From Nitrospirales bacterium (lineage in GTDB: Bacteria > Nitrospirota > Nitrospiria > Nitrospirales > UBA8639), in assembly GCA_965203295.1 (NCBI GenBank), contig CBDBCZ010000018.1, positions 544,001 to 608,000 on the forward strand: DNA of 64,000 bases. The letters are read 5' to 3'. A program made the position numbers and the translations under genes. Below, in pieces: positions 48,431-62,548 of this stretch (position 1 is the stretch's first letter; every line of letters starts with the position of its first letter). The notes beneath the pieces were generated by a model. That model ran no database searches. It worked only from the letters and a program-made list of their open reading frames with translations, and had not been told where the DNA came from.

Positions 48431-50777
48431 TGATTCCCACTACTGACAGAAGCAAGCTGCGTTGAAGTGGGAGGAATGTTGGATGGGTTTTGGATTGTTA
48501 TTGGAGCTTGAGAGATTTGAAGAGCAAATGTATTATATGTCTTGCTGCAAAATCTATTTGCAGGATATTTAAGCTTAGGAAAGCCATTTTGTAAAAATAA
48601 TGTGTATAGTGAGTCATAAGCCAGTGTCAGCTTCTATGATTAGTCTCGAGGGCCAGACTTCACTGCCAAGGAGAGTTACGTCTGGACACTATATATGATT
48701 AGATTTCCATTGCCCTCTGCAGGAATGCGGGAAGAGCCAATTAGATTGTAGTTCTTCGTAGATTGCGTATTGGGCACATAGTTGGGCTGGTACTGAGACT
48801 AAGTCCTAGCTGTGAGGCACCGTAAACTCGGCCCACCTCCGAGAGTTAATATTATTAGGACAGTCATGTCATGCTCAATTACAATGCGCGCATTGAGTTA
48901 AAGTGAGCTATTTCAATTCATAACCAGCTGATGCTTGCAATATTCTATATAGCTATCACCAGTCTCAGAGGAATGGTATACTTTCCACAATAGTGCACTC
49001 AACTGCTACTATCTTAACCATATCCCTAACATAACCCTATCCCTAACTGATAAATACATGTAGTCCTAACCACACTGCCAAGTGTAAGTACAGCGAGTGA
49101 GCATAGCTGCGGTGTATTTAAGTGCGGGTATTTTTGCGACTCAGCCTGTCGCAAGAATAGCGATGAAATAATTACACGTGAACTACATCCTGGGTGTGGC
49201 GAAACTGGGATATTTTCGCGAGCCATGCAGGCGGCGCTCGACTGTAGTATAAAGGAATCATTGGCAATGGCATGCTGAGCTACGTCTTGGCATCTCTGCG
49301 TGCAGCATAGTTTCAAGGGTCAGACATGGCTGGCACAGGAGTGGAGAGACAAGTTGTGCTGCTTGAAAGTCATGTTAGTTAGTTAGTTAGTTAAATTTTC
49401 ATTTTAAACAGGAAGATGTCCCTTCAGCCAACAGATGGCTGGTCCTCCAGGGAGTCCTGTGACATGAGTACACAACACACAAACACAAACAGACAGCACA
49501 CAGATAAAAAAGTTGCAAATAAATAGATACAAAAACACCAGTTAGGAATAGCTATAGCCGGTCCAGGATTCGTGCCTTCAGTCGTCGCTGAAACGCCTCA
49601 GATCCCAGTTCTCTCACGCTGACAGGCAGCCTGTTCCAATCCGATGCTCCCCTGAATGTAAATGACCTCCTAAGAAACTCAATGTAGTGAGACAAGTTGT
49701 GCTGCTTAAAAGTCATGTAGTGAACATGTAACTTTTTATTTTAGTTATGCACTACCATCAGCTGACTTTCTCATTGATTTCACTGTCACCTCTATTCACC
49801 CTATTCAACAATGGTTTCTGTAGGTACCTCATGATCCATGCCTGACGTGTATATTATCCTTTTCTAGAACTTTCTCTAGCCTTCACTGTTTGGTATATAA
49901 GGCCTGCATATCTGCTGAATATCAAGTTTTAAGTAACCATTCCAAGCTACTACAGTCACATTCGCATCGCTCTCGATTGTGCCGTCCGTTTCTAACGCTG
50001 ATATCTTTACTTATACTGAAGCTACAAGGAATCATTGTCAATGGCATGCTGAGCTACGAAAAGTAAGTCTTACTTGGTTTTGGCATCTCTGCGTGTAGCA
50101 TAGCTCAAGGGTCAGACATGGCTGGTACAGGAGTGGAGAGACAAGTTGTGCTGCTTGAAAGTCACATCCGCATCGCTCGATCGTGCCGTCCGTTTCTAAC
50201 GCTGATATCTTTACTTATACTGAAGCTACATAAATTCTACTAACCTGGGAGCTGTAGTAAGCCTCCCTTGGTAAAATATGTGGTGGACTTGTCTAGATCT
50301 CTGCCCCTAGTTGCACAGCAGGTTTGAAGATGGCGTGCATGTAGCCGCCTGAGACGCCATTTTGAACACGTTCCTCCATAAAGCCCATATAAATTGTGTA
50401 TAGTTTTGTTTTGACCATATCTCCTCACAGAAAATGGAAGTAGAGAAACCCCACTTTTAGTATATTCATCACCCAAAGATTACATGGTGAAGTTTCGTCC
50501 CTCTGTGACACCTCCTTCATGCCAATCGTATTATTTATTTATTTATTGTATACACCCCCTTTTCCAGTCTTATCTTTACACTTGGTACGTAGTGTATACA
50601 TACTGAAATAACTGTTGTAGTAAACCTGCTGCATATTCAAATTACATGTACAAGATAAAAAAGGAAAAAAAAACCTATGCTTACATAAACATATCCTCTC
50701 AGTTTATGTACCTACCACAGTATCAGTGATAAACTCCAAATAAACAAGTGTATGGAAGCAGCTGTAAAATGAGACAG

Positions 50778-53700
50778 TTAGTTACACTTTTCATCAAGCT
50801 TTCTTTGAACTCCGTTAATAATTTTTCGAATTAACTCCACCCTGGAGGCACTTTGCTCAGTAGCAATCTGCAAAATTATTTGCGATGTTGTTCGGACCAC
50901 AGGGTTGCAGGAATTCTCAGTGAGGATGGCATCACAGATGGCTTCATCACTAATGAAGTGACCAGCTATAATGCGATTAGTATCATTTGCTGGAGAGAGT
51001 GTGTCAAAAAGCTCTGACATCAGATCAAGAGTACCCTGTAAAGGACACAAGTAAAGTGAGTTTCATCTGTTATAATTATTTATAGCACAGTGCGACCTTA
51101 CAATACACAATGTCATGAATAGAAAATTTCTGGAAGAGTGGTGTATCATTGTGGTATTTTGCATGATTCTTAAGCATGTGTTCACTATAAAGCTAGTGGG
51201 TTGGCTATAGCATCTCTCAAGACCCCTCTCCCTATGGCGACGTTAAGTACATGTACTGCATTGTAATAGGTCCTGCACCTTATCATGTAAAGCTAGTGCT
51301 TTCGTATTTATGTAACTACTGTGTTGTGGTAATCTCCTTTTTTTCTATTTAGGAAGCAATGGCTGAGTTGGCAGATAGTACTAGGTACTTGCTTTCAATG
51401 GAGATAAACACGTATTATGGCAATCCCGGGTAGACAATTCCATCACATAATAATTGTTTCCATCACCACCTTGCATTGTGATAGCTCTGAACTACCATTT
51501 AATTAAGGGTGGGGTAAATAAATTAAATGTGGAAAGTAATACCAATATCATATGTATGTAAAGCTAGTGCTTTCGTATTTATGTAGCTACTGTGTTGAGA
51601 TAATCAGCAAGGGCTGAATTGGTAGATAGTAGCTATATAGTAGGTACTTGCTTTAAATGGAGATAAACACATACTATGGCCATCCTGGGTAGACAATTCA
51701 TTACATAATAATTGTTTCGATCACCACCAATTGCATTTGATCCTGAAATGCGATATCTCTGAACTACCATTTAATTAAGGGTGGGGTAAATAAATTAAAT
51801 GTGGAAAGTAATGCCATTCATAATGGTGTAATGTTTGTTTTCTTGCCAGGACTGCTATAGGAACAAATCCAAACCAGTGTGCAGGGAGCTGAATACCCAG
51901 GAAAGGCTTCTAACTCATGAGATTCTCAGCTCCCTAGGACAGCATTTGTGTCCTAATTTGTGCATGCAGTAGTAAAGTTCTTCTACACTTTATAATTGTT
52001 TCCTAACAAAATCGTGGTTGGTGGCACACTAACAAAAAAGGGGTGGCTGCATGGACAGGAGGTCCCAGCAAAAATTGCTTCACAACATGATTCACAACCT
52101 CTTTTTTGCAGACACCCCAAAACAACCTACCAACTGCGTCACGAAGTGTCATGATTACGTCATAAATAGTTAATTAACCGTGCATTGACATCATAAAATG
52201 GTTAACCAACCCTAACTCAGCACTCACTGATTGAGTGACCATGGCTGAAGGCAGCGGCAAGTTGCTTCCGAGTAGCGATGATGTGAGATCAGTGTCACTA
52301 GTGCATGCAAGTACATGTGAACTGTACACAGTGTGATGCATAATGGATATGAGGCTGCTTGTACTGCCAAAATCTGAACTCTTGTCTGCAAAAAATCCCC
52401 TAGTTTTTGGGACCTTTTTTGCTATCCTGCCAAAACAACCAACCAACTTGGTGGGTGCACGTTGTACCTTTTTTCAAGTATGGCCCCCCGGGCTGGATAA
52501 CTTAAAGCCCAAGAATAATATCATCATAGCAAAGTTGTATTTACATGTGTACGCCTCTACTTACAAGGTCTTTCTCCCTTCTTGTTGTACTGTTGTCACC
52601 GTTGTCACCGTTTGCAAGGCAACCTGTACACCACAAAAAATACTAACCAAATTAAAAGTGCTTGGTGATACCAAATAGTAAACAATGGTAGACTTAGTAT
52701 ACTATTTGAATGGCAACAGTGACTTGAAACCACCTTCTTTAGCCTTATACAGAAACAACAAATGATAGTACAGAAGTTAAAGGTCCTGTAATAGCTACTT
52801 TAGAATCTATGCTAACAATTTGACATCAAAATCAAAATTCAAAAACGTTTAAAGCTCAGGACAGCAGTTTAGCTGCTGGTTATCATTATAATGACGATTA
52901 TGTTGGTTTGGTAGCAAGTACATGTATATGAATCTGTGTACTCTGCTCTCTTTTGGATAGTCAATCTCTAGCAAGAGTGCCATTGCATATACAGTATATG
53001 CTAACTATTTTAAGAATAAGCCAGAAATCATCACATACCGTGGTTTGATCACGGGATATGTCCACTGACACAGAAGGCACAATTCTATTATTGAAATAAC
53101 AGCTATCATGCATCGGTAAGTAGATTGACCTTCAGGAAAATGAAGCTGTTTTTTTCAATGCACACACAGCATGCTGCCTTGAAATTAAAATACATTACAT
53201 GTTGGAGATCTAAACAAGTCTATCATACTGTATATAAAAAGCTATACTGTAACTGGAGATATCACAAGCTCCGCCTGTGTATGTGTGGTAAGCACTACAG
53301 TGACATGAGTACATTATTAAGAAGCTCCTAAGTTAGTAGGGTTATTAGGATTTGAGGGTTGAAGGTATAATTATGGGGTCTGTATCCATCTGAAGTTTAG
53401 GTGTGCTTGTGCATAATTTTATTGGTAAATGCTTACCAGGAAGATCAAGCTCTAGAGGGTCAAAACAAATAACGAATATCACAAATCCTCTTCCACGAGT
53501 CCTTTCACCCGTACGAAATGTAACAGTGAAGGTACCTGCCAGGATAAAAAGATTAGCTGCAATGTCATATGTATACAAGAGTCAATAATCTGATGGCCGG
53601 GAGTTGACTGGAATGATAAATAATCAGGTAGACTTTAATAGAGCATAATTATATGCTACACAGGTGCATACTATAATATATACAAGGCAAAAAAGAGCAT

Positions 53701-56700
53701 ACAATGAATGGAAAGGAACAACAGATTACTAGATCAAATTACTATAACTCCTACAACTGGTTGAGAAGTCAAATAATAATAGCACATGTGGACATTGCTT
53801 GGTTTCTCTTGAAACTGAAACCCCGAAATCACCATAGATTGGGATATTTCACTCGTAAAACCATCTGTCTGTGACTGTTTTGAAATGTTTCGTTTTGTCA
53901 CTTTCAGCAGACGGGAAGTATAGTGTTATTGGTCGACGTCCAAATTTGGAAAAAAAATCGTTTTTAAGTTTCATCGGTGTAGGGGGACGGTGAATTTTTT
54001 CTTATACCTCAAAGTTTGCTGATCTACAGTATATTCGTATTGTGTACTCTTGTATTCAGACTATGGAAGCTTACTACTATGGTAGACATTGTTGTTGAAG
54101 TACACAACAATACAGTCACCCAGCATTTAACCATAGAGATCCTAAAACAACCTAATATGCATCATAGCTGCCAGTAGTTATGTTACGTGAGAAAGCTAAC
54201 TGTTGACTTTGCACTTAGCCTAAGTCATGCCCAGTGCAAGCCAGACCCGAGCGTGAAGTGCGACGGTCTTGTACGAAGCCTAAGCCATGCCCAGTGCAAG
54301 TTGGCTTCTCTGCTGACTCAGCTACAGATGTATATTTCTCTAGCCACATTTCAGTGTATTTATTCACCCCAATAAAGTTAGCAGCACCTAGCAACGGCAT
54401 AATATAAAGTTTTCTATGAAATGTAGCACGAGGCAAAGTGATGAAGTGAAGAATAAATGTTACACTACATACTTATTCCATGCTTTTCCACTAACCTTCC
54501 TCCAACTGGAACAAGTTATCCCCTGGCTCATTTCCACAACTCTCTGTTGTGCCAAAGCCAGGGCGTTCCACTTCAATGTAATCTGTGCACCTGTAAATGG
54601 AGTAAAGGTACGTGAATGTTTGTTCACTTAATCCTTTCTCCTCCAATGGCACAACATATCAATCACAAAATACTTGAATCTCTTGTTTTCTACTGTTTCA
54701 TTTTGGTGGCAATTGGTGGCTACGTGGACCTGCCTTTCTCCTGGTTTTCTATTTTGACTGTTTGCCGCAACCGAGTGAACCTCACTATAAACCTCATTAG
54801 CTATATCTAACTTACCATGGTAAAACAAATTCTACACAGAGTGGAAACATCCAAATAGCTGTACAGTACCGGTACATTATACCTCAACATGAATGCAAAT
54901 AACTACTCTTTCCTTTCCTGGTTGAAAGATGCTACGTAAGTTTGTCCAAGTATACAAAGTACTTATCAAAAGTACTTAAAGCTTGGCTCCACCTACTGTA
55001 GGTGCACTCTGTAACTGAATCAATTTCAGATGATTGATTTCAAAGGTTCTTGTCTACTGTAGGTGCAGCCAATGCAATCTGTAACTGAATCAATCTCAGA
55101 TGGTTGGTTCTTGTCATGGTGTTCACAATTCTATAGAGTATAATGCATACATACACAGTGACAAAAGGTACAAAGTGTTAATGTATGCATACCTGCCAAA
55201 GCAGTCAGCTTCCTGTAAGTCCAGGCGAATAGTGTTGTAGAAGGCACGTCTCCCTGCGGGACACTGGACATTGTAGGTGACTAGCATTGAATTCTCATAG
55301 CTGAGGAAGAGAACACGGAAGATAAACTAATACACAAACTCTGGAGTTGATTGGCTGAGGCAAGAAACGTTAACATATCTGAGGGAAACTTAGTACTGAG
55401 ACCAACCCTATATAACTGCATGGAGTAAAGCCACATGGCTTTCACTAACATTATTATTCTATTTGTAGAGGCACTGCAGTTAACTTTTTACCAGCTAGGC
55501 GTATGTAAAGTGTGCAAATGGATGGTCCTGTCATAGGCCAGCCACAGTCGCTAATGGAGATTGGCCATACTGCTTGAAAACTCGTTGGCATTGCTCGATC
55601 GTGCCATCAGCCTCCAGTGCTCATATCTCCATAGATAATTATTCCATGATATCTTACAGTATGGCTACACAAACTCTACTAAAGTGAAAGCTGGAGTAAT
55701 GAAGCCTCTCTTGATTAAACAACATGACAAATTTGTGAACATCGGATCTTTGGTCTGCAGTGACTTTGAAAATGTCAACCAAGAAACAGCCACAGAGATG
55801 CCATTTTGAACACGTCCCTTGCCCCCGGGGAGAGCAGAACAAACTATATTATAAATGTATATAAACGCTGAGATCGTTGAGCGCATAGCATGCGATTATT
55901 GGCCTTGTTGCACTAGGACAATAATACATCAAACATTGCTATGCCTATATTGGCAGCTTTGTAGGCCAAGCTACAGCAGCGAGTGTAGTTCGTAAAAATT
56001 GGTTAGTAGCCACAACCGTTCTGCTGTGGTAACTTACAGCTGTTAACAGGAAGTACACTACAACACTGGTGAGTCAGCATTTTTGCTGCACTACATTATT
56101 TTGGTTGTTTATCTGGTGCTGTAGGATACACATTATACATAGGTTTATGGTCGCAGTATTTTAAACTGATCTCTTTCTGAGCTAATCCTAATTGGTGTTT
56201 CACTTTATCTATGGGTGAATCACTGTCACATGTTCTATAATCATATGGCATACATATTCTTCATTACTTAGTTATCCCACCATTATTTTGGGGCCATCAG
56301 TTAAGCATGAGAAATTACACAAACACACATACACAAACTCACTCTTCTTCCAAAAAGAAACCCGGAGAAAATAGCACACGAAGATTCGAATTTCCCAGAT
56401 CATTTATCGGCTCCACTACTTGTGCTGTCGGAAACTGAATTGGATTTCTGTAGGTGCACTGTAGCCCTCCAGATGGTCCTCGACCAATTCTAGTCCTGTA
56501 AATTCCCTGCTCACTGCACAGGAATAAAAATTGAACGAGGAAAACTAACATAAATGTAGCTATGGGTTTATTAGGAAAAAATCCAGGTTAAGAGAGGTAA
56601 TTGCAGTTTGTCATAATTAGAATTTTTTTTATCCAGAGAACAGCCTACATTTACAAAGCCAGCTACAGGTCATTTATCTAGAATCTGACACTACAACCAT

Positions 56701-57788
56701 CCAAATTACACTGCAAGTCAAAAGAGTTTAGCAAAGAAAATAGTTTATGACAATGCTATTATGTTATTTGATCACTTTATGCACTGAATGATCACTATAC
56801 GGCACCATACTGTAGCTATTATTACTGTATGGTCACTCTTTGGCACTCTATGACATTGCGTGGTCGCTGTATAGCACCCCAAAGCACTGTATACATGGTC
56901 ATGCGTGGTATGGCACTCTATGATATGTCATGGTCACTGTCGCTACAACACTCTATGGCATTGTATGGTCACTATTTTGAACTCAATGACTCACTTTGGT
57001 CCAGGCTGTCTAGTTGCGGCATGTGGGATACACGGCAGGTTGTTCAATCGGCTGAAGAGGCAGCGAGTCGCAGGCTGTGAGTCTGCAACCCTAAGGAGAG
57101 TACAACACCCAGCCATCACAATATCATCCATCACAATAATTATGCTGTTTGGAAAACACATGATAGTGGAAATCGTAGGAGGAAAATGAATATTATTCTG
57201 GTGTGCATTCCAACTGTGTCTTTGTGTTGGAAGTGTAAATAGTAGCCCCGAACTTCGCTAAGGGTCGAGATTAAATATGTTATGTAAATTTTGCAAATGT
57301 TGACGCAACTATGCAATGTGTTTGCTTTATCTATGGGTTGTGAAATACCACCTTTCGAAAGCAAAAACGTAATTTAGTTAGGCAATGATTGTACGACTCA
57401 GTATAGCTAGGTAAATAGGACAGCTATATTCATAGCCGTTTTCAGCTTGACGAAAAATCGTGCTAGAATAACCTTGCTTTACCTGGCTTCGCTGTAACAA
57501 ACAAGCCTTCACCTAATATGCCTCTCTACATAATATTAGTTAATACACACACTCAAAACTGCATACACCTTGAGACTCATCAACAAAAAATGTTTAAAAC
57601 TTTTTGAACGCCATGGGAATAGAAGAAAACATTTATTTTATATTAACGCCTAATATAGAAAGGCCAATATAAATCTTATGGATGTATTAAAACTCGGCTT
57701 GGAAAGAGTTAAAATAACCGCAATCTTACCTGAGCATCCAGGCGCAGCAAACAGCTGCAGTGCAAAATATGGCGACCTTAAACTCCAT
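50778..57788 (-). CDS. Secreted CUB-like protein, paralog C (7 exons, 282 aa in preferred model)
   Basis: Exons 57730-57788, 56343-56513, 55193-55300, 54496-54590, 53437-53535, 52565-52623 and 50778-51035, all GT-AG; 849 nt, open throughout. The terminal exon differs from B by an in-frame 3-nt deletion and one substitution at protein level. Confidence 0.8.
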
Positions 57789-57827
57789 CTCCTGTGAATT
57801 TCTTTGAACAGGCTATAGGTTCTAGTC

Positions 57828-57835
57828 TATTTATA
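57828..57835 (-). promoter_or_regulatory. TATA box of paralog C
   Basis: TATAAATA at the same 40-nt spacing from the ATG as in A and B. Confidence 0.65.
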
Positions 57836-58561
57836 GTAAATTATGCTGCCTCTTAGAATCCTCTAGAATGTCTAGCGTGGGATGCATACAGGATATTGCT
57901 GAATAGGATGTAAATACAGAACCCAAAGGAATCTGCAAACCTCATGTGTACAACAGGATATTGCCTAATATGGTATAACCTACAGAGGTGAATTTACTAC
58001 AGGGCTGCACGGGAATGGTACGGAAGTAATGGATGGACTTGGAGCAGCCTGAAATACAACCAGGGTGTGTTTAATATTAATTAAGTATTCTATATGGAGC
58101 CTCAAAAACAAATGGGTTGTACATTGGTAATGTGAGGCTTGGGGTTTAAGATAGATATCTTAGAGTGCAAATGGGGCTGGAATGGGTAGATTGGTAATGC
58201 GAGGCCCGGAGTAAGATGGATACAGGACAGCCTGGAATATAACCAGGTGTGTGTTTTCCGATGTTAATTAAGCATTCTAATATGGAGCCTCATCAAAGTA
58301 TTGGGCTAGGAAGTTCTAATTTCCAAGTAGAGATAGTGGTATTAGGAACACCCAATTAGGATAGTTAGAGAACAACAGCTGTAATATCGCTTTTAATTTG
58401 TACGGGAGTCATGCAACAAACCAGTGAAATAATCCTTTAGCCACACTACCAACTCAATATTCTAGTAATATGCATCATGAAATGAATTTAAGCTCCGCCT
58501 ACATTACACCTTACCCTGCCCATGCTTTTACAAGCTGTATAGCAGAGTCAGTGTCAGGCCT

Positions 58562-60070
58562 TCAATGGGCTGTACATTGGTAATGTGAGGCTCGGGGGAT
58601 ACAGAACAGCCTGGAATACAGAATTAAGCATTCTAATATGGAGCCTCATCAAAGTATTGGGCTAGGAAGTTCTAATTTCCAAAATAGAGATAGTGGTAGT
58701 AGGAACACCCAATTAGGACAGTTAGAGAACAACAGCTGTAACGCTTTTGATTTGTATGGGAGTCATACAACAAACCTGTGAAACAATCCTTTAGACACAT
58801 TTCCACACTCCATATTTTGTGTAAGCCCCTTGAGCTCGCCCTTGGGGGGTGCGAGGTCGGGGTTTACCTGGAACCTCTTGTGTAATACTAGTAAACAGGT
58901 CTAGACCACCTGGTGAATAGGTACTTCCTTTAATGAATAAATTTGTTTGCCCATGCTTTGCTTGAAGTAACAAGGTAGAGCTTCTTGTGTATGTCTTTTC
59001 CTTTACAGTTCCTCTTGGAATCCTCTAGAATGTCAATGTAGCATGGAATGCCTAAAGGATATCCCTGAATAGGATGTTAATTCAGAACCGAAAGGAATCC
59101 GCAAACCTAGTGAAATCATGTGTACAACAGAATATTGCCTTTTATGGAATAACCTACACAGGTGAATTTACTACAGGGGTGCATGGGAATCATAAATACA
59201 ACCAGGGTGTGTTTAATATTAATTAAGTATTCTATATGGAGCCTCAAAAACAAATGGGCTGGGAATAGGTACATTGGTAATGTAAGGCTCGGGGTTAAAG
59301 ATAGATTGGGACATCTTGGAGTGCAAACGGGGCTGGAATGGGTAGATTGGTAACGCGAGGCCTGGAGTCAGATGGACACAGGAAAGCCTGGACTACAACC
59401 AGGTGTGTATTATGAAGCCTCATCAAAGTATCTTGTGTACGTTTGCTGATGTTAATTGAGCATTTTAATATGGAGCCTCATCAAAGTTGTAATTTCCAAG
59501 TACAGTTAGTGATATTAGGAACACCCAGTTAGGACAGTTAAAGAACAAAAGCTATAACACAGTTGTATGGAAGTCATGCAACAAACCAGTGAAACAATCC
59601 TTTAGGTACACTACCACACTCAATATTCTTGTGAAAACCCCTTGGGCTCGCACTTGGGGGGTGCGAGGTTGGGGGGTTACTATGAACTCTCTTGTGTAAT
59701 ACTAGTACATAGGTCTAGGGGGAATTTTAACTAGCTATAGCACACAGACCACCTTGTGAATAAGTGCTTCCTTTCATTAATAAACTTGCTTTGCTTGAAG
59801 TAACAAGGCAGGGCTTCTTGTGATACTATGTCTCTTCCTTTACAGTTTACATGCAGCTGCCTCTTGGAATCCTCTAGAATGTCTATGTAGCACAGGATGC
59901 ATACAGGATATCCCTGAATAGGATTGCCCTTGGGGGTGCAAGGTTGGGGGTTACCTGGAACTCTTTTGTGTAATACTAGTAAATAGGTCTAGGTGGGATT
60001 TTAACTATAGCACACAGACCACCTGGTGAATAGGTGCTTCCTTTCATGAATGGACTTGTTTGCCCTAGCT
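58562..60070. repeat. Patchwork of local re-duplications of the paralog-C proximal upstream region
   Basis: The block CCTCTT(A/G)GAATCCTCTAGAATGTC occurs at ~57849, ~59011 and ~59860. GGAGCCTCATCAAAG...GAAACAATCCTTTAG-type blocks occur at ~58284, ~58640 and ~59472. Confidence 0.85.
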
Positions 60071-61340
60071 TAGCTTGAAGTTGACCAAGCTTCTTTGCAA
60101 GGAAGTTCCTTCACCAGTCTGCACTTTAAAAAGAATGAACACTTCCCTTCCTTGTATTCAGTGCTCAGGAGAAGAACATGTGATGCTTCCTGTTTATGGC
60201 AGTGAGTGTGTACATGAATGGTGACTTCACATAAGAGACAGACATCATGTCTATCTGTGCCGCCCTTTACAGTTCAAAGTTTGAATGGAGCATGCATGGG
60301 TGGAAATAGTTCCTTGTGTGTGGTGACCTACCCTCCTAGCTAAGAGTATATTCCTTCTGTGAAAGAACTATACTAGCATTCCTAGGAGTGGTCCCAATGA
60401 TCACGTATAAAGCTGGTGTACGAGGTGGGCATCTTTTACAGCAGTGCTATATCAAGGCATTACATGGAAGGCATATAATTATGTGAAAGGCATCGCTTAC
60501 TACCCAATAGACATTTTTAACTTAATAAAGGAACGAAGTCCATGTAGCTATACATAATAGACTTTTTACACATGAATAAATACACAGTGGGTAAATGTGA
60601 TGTTACTTACCTACTTCCTTCATCAAGAGTGTGTGCTGCTGAATTTTCTTAGGCTTGACTTTTCCTATATACTTGTCGCATAGCTTGGTGACCACGATGG
60701 TATGAGGCTACCACGATGGATGATAGCTAGCATGGTCCATCGCCTCTTTCTGGAACTTGTACTTGAATGAATACTAGCTAAAACATCTTCAAGTTTTAGC
60801 TACATCTCTCTTCATTCTAGCTTGAAATCAAGCTGATATCCAAGATTGGCTCGGACATACACATAGCGACCAAATCAATGTGTGCTGTTTTACTGTTTCG
60901 GGGATGCAGGTTCTCAGATAGTGTTAGTATTAATATATTTAAATCTTTTCTGCCATTGCTGGTAGCTACAGCAACGGCATTCTAGCTACCTGGACAAAAT
61001 TTGCAACTGATCCTCTGAGCGGCCAAAGTAGCTAGTGTTGTCTTGAATGTATACTGTAATTAGAACATTGTCACACACTTGGTTGTTAGGTACAGACTCT
61101 GAGCAAGTTATGTTCACCAGAGACTGATTGAACTGAAACTTATCACGGTTGCATTTGATGGCTGTGATATCTATCATTGCTTTAATCCCTGATCTGTACA
61201 CTATTCGCATACAGATAACTTCTTGGCACCAACAATTGGGAGAAATGTCACTGAAATCAATGGGATGTTCACAGTCTTCAACAATGTCTTTCATCATCTT
61301 AAACCCTAGCATAACGTATCCAAACAGTCACTGCTGGCCT

Positions 61341-61416
61341 AGACATATAGGTCTCTGTCACAGTATAGCTAGAACAGCAGCTGCTGTTCTATACTGTGAC
61401 AGAGACCTACATGTCT
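61341..61416. repeat. 76-bp near-perfect palindrome
   Basis: AGACATATAGGTCTCTGTCACAGTATA(GCTA)GAACAGCAG|CTGCTGTTCTATACTGTGACAGAGACCTACATGTCT; one mismatch and one 4-nt bulge. Confidence 0.9.
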
Positions 61417-62548
61417 TGTGACTACACATGCATGAAAGTTTATGCAATATCCCACTGTTGGTCAGTTATACCCGCTAGCTAACTATACCTAGAACGATCC
61501 TTGCCTCAACCTGAACCTTGATGTTTATTTAGCTAGTAGTATGAGTATTCAGGCAGAACTAAAGCTCTGGATTATAGCCTGAGTTACTATATACAGGCGA
61601 TTGCTGTACGTATTATGATGAAATCTAACGGTGCCTCGCAGTTATTCTAGGTCCTGTTCTTTTCTTAGGATATAAAACATGGAACAGAAATAAAGAATTT
61701 AGCATCATTTATTAATATAATTAGCTATTAGAAAATAACATTCTTTTGAAAGGTAGTATATTTACAATGCATACCATAGCTTCGTACATACAGTGTAGAT
61801 ATAAAACTCTTCTCCATAATATACAAAACTTCCATTGTTTCAGCAAGAGCTGATTTGATGATTTGCTGTTAGAGTATATAAGCGATCTGAAATCTACTAC
61901 TGTAACACGCATACACCTTGATGAGTCGCGAGAAATTGTTCTATAGCTATGTACATGGAGCTGCTGAGACGGAAACTCATGAATAATTTATATACTAGAC
62001 TAATACAATCAATACCCTATCTTGCTTCCCCGCAAAGTGGAACTTAAATTTATTGTCACTAAGTTGACGGCGGGAGTTCTGCACTTGTGCATATACAAGT
62101 ATCATCAATAATAGTCTCGTTCCCAGACCTCCCGCGCCGATCCTGTAACTGTTAGAGTAGAAAATCTACTACACGCATACACCTTGATGAGTCGCGAAAA
62201 ATTGTTCTATATATGTACGTACGTACAAGGAACTGCTGAGACGGCAACTCATGAATAATTAAAATTTTATATACTAGTATTACACTACATACAACTGAAT
62301 ACCCTATCTATAATAATGGATGTTACCGCCCAAATAGGAGACGCATCGAGGAGGGCATCGCGCACGAGACTGGGAGCTGCTCGCGCGTAACAACAATGGC
62401 CATTATTCTATACGCGCGCGCACCATCGTAGGCATTGTCCGTGACTCCATTGTTGCACATTGCGGCTGATGGTGCAGAGCTACTTCGCTGGTGACGGATA
62501 CTTTCTGTTCGCCTGCAAATTTCGGCTCGCCTACTGGCGCTGTTCGAA

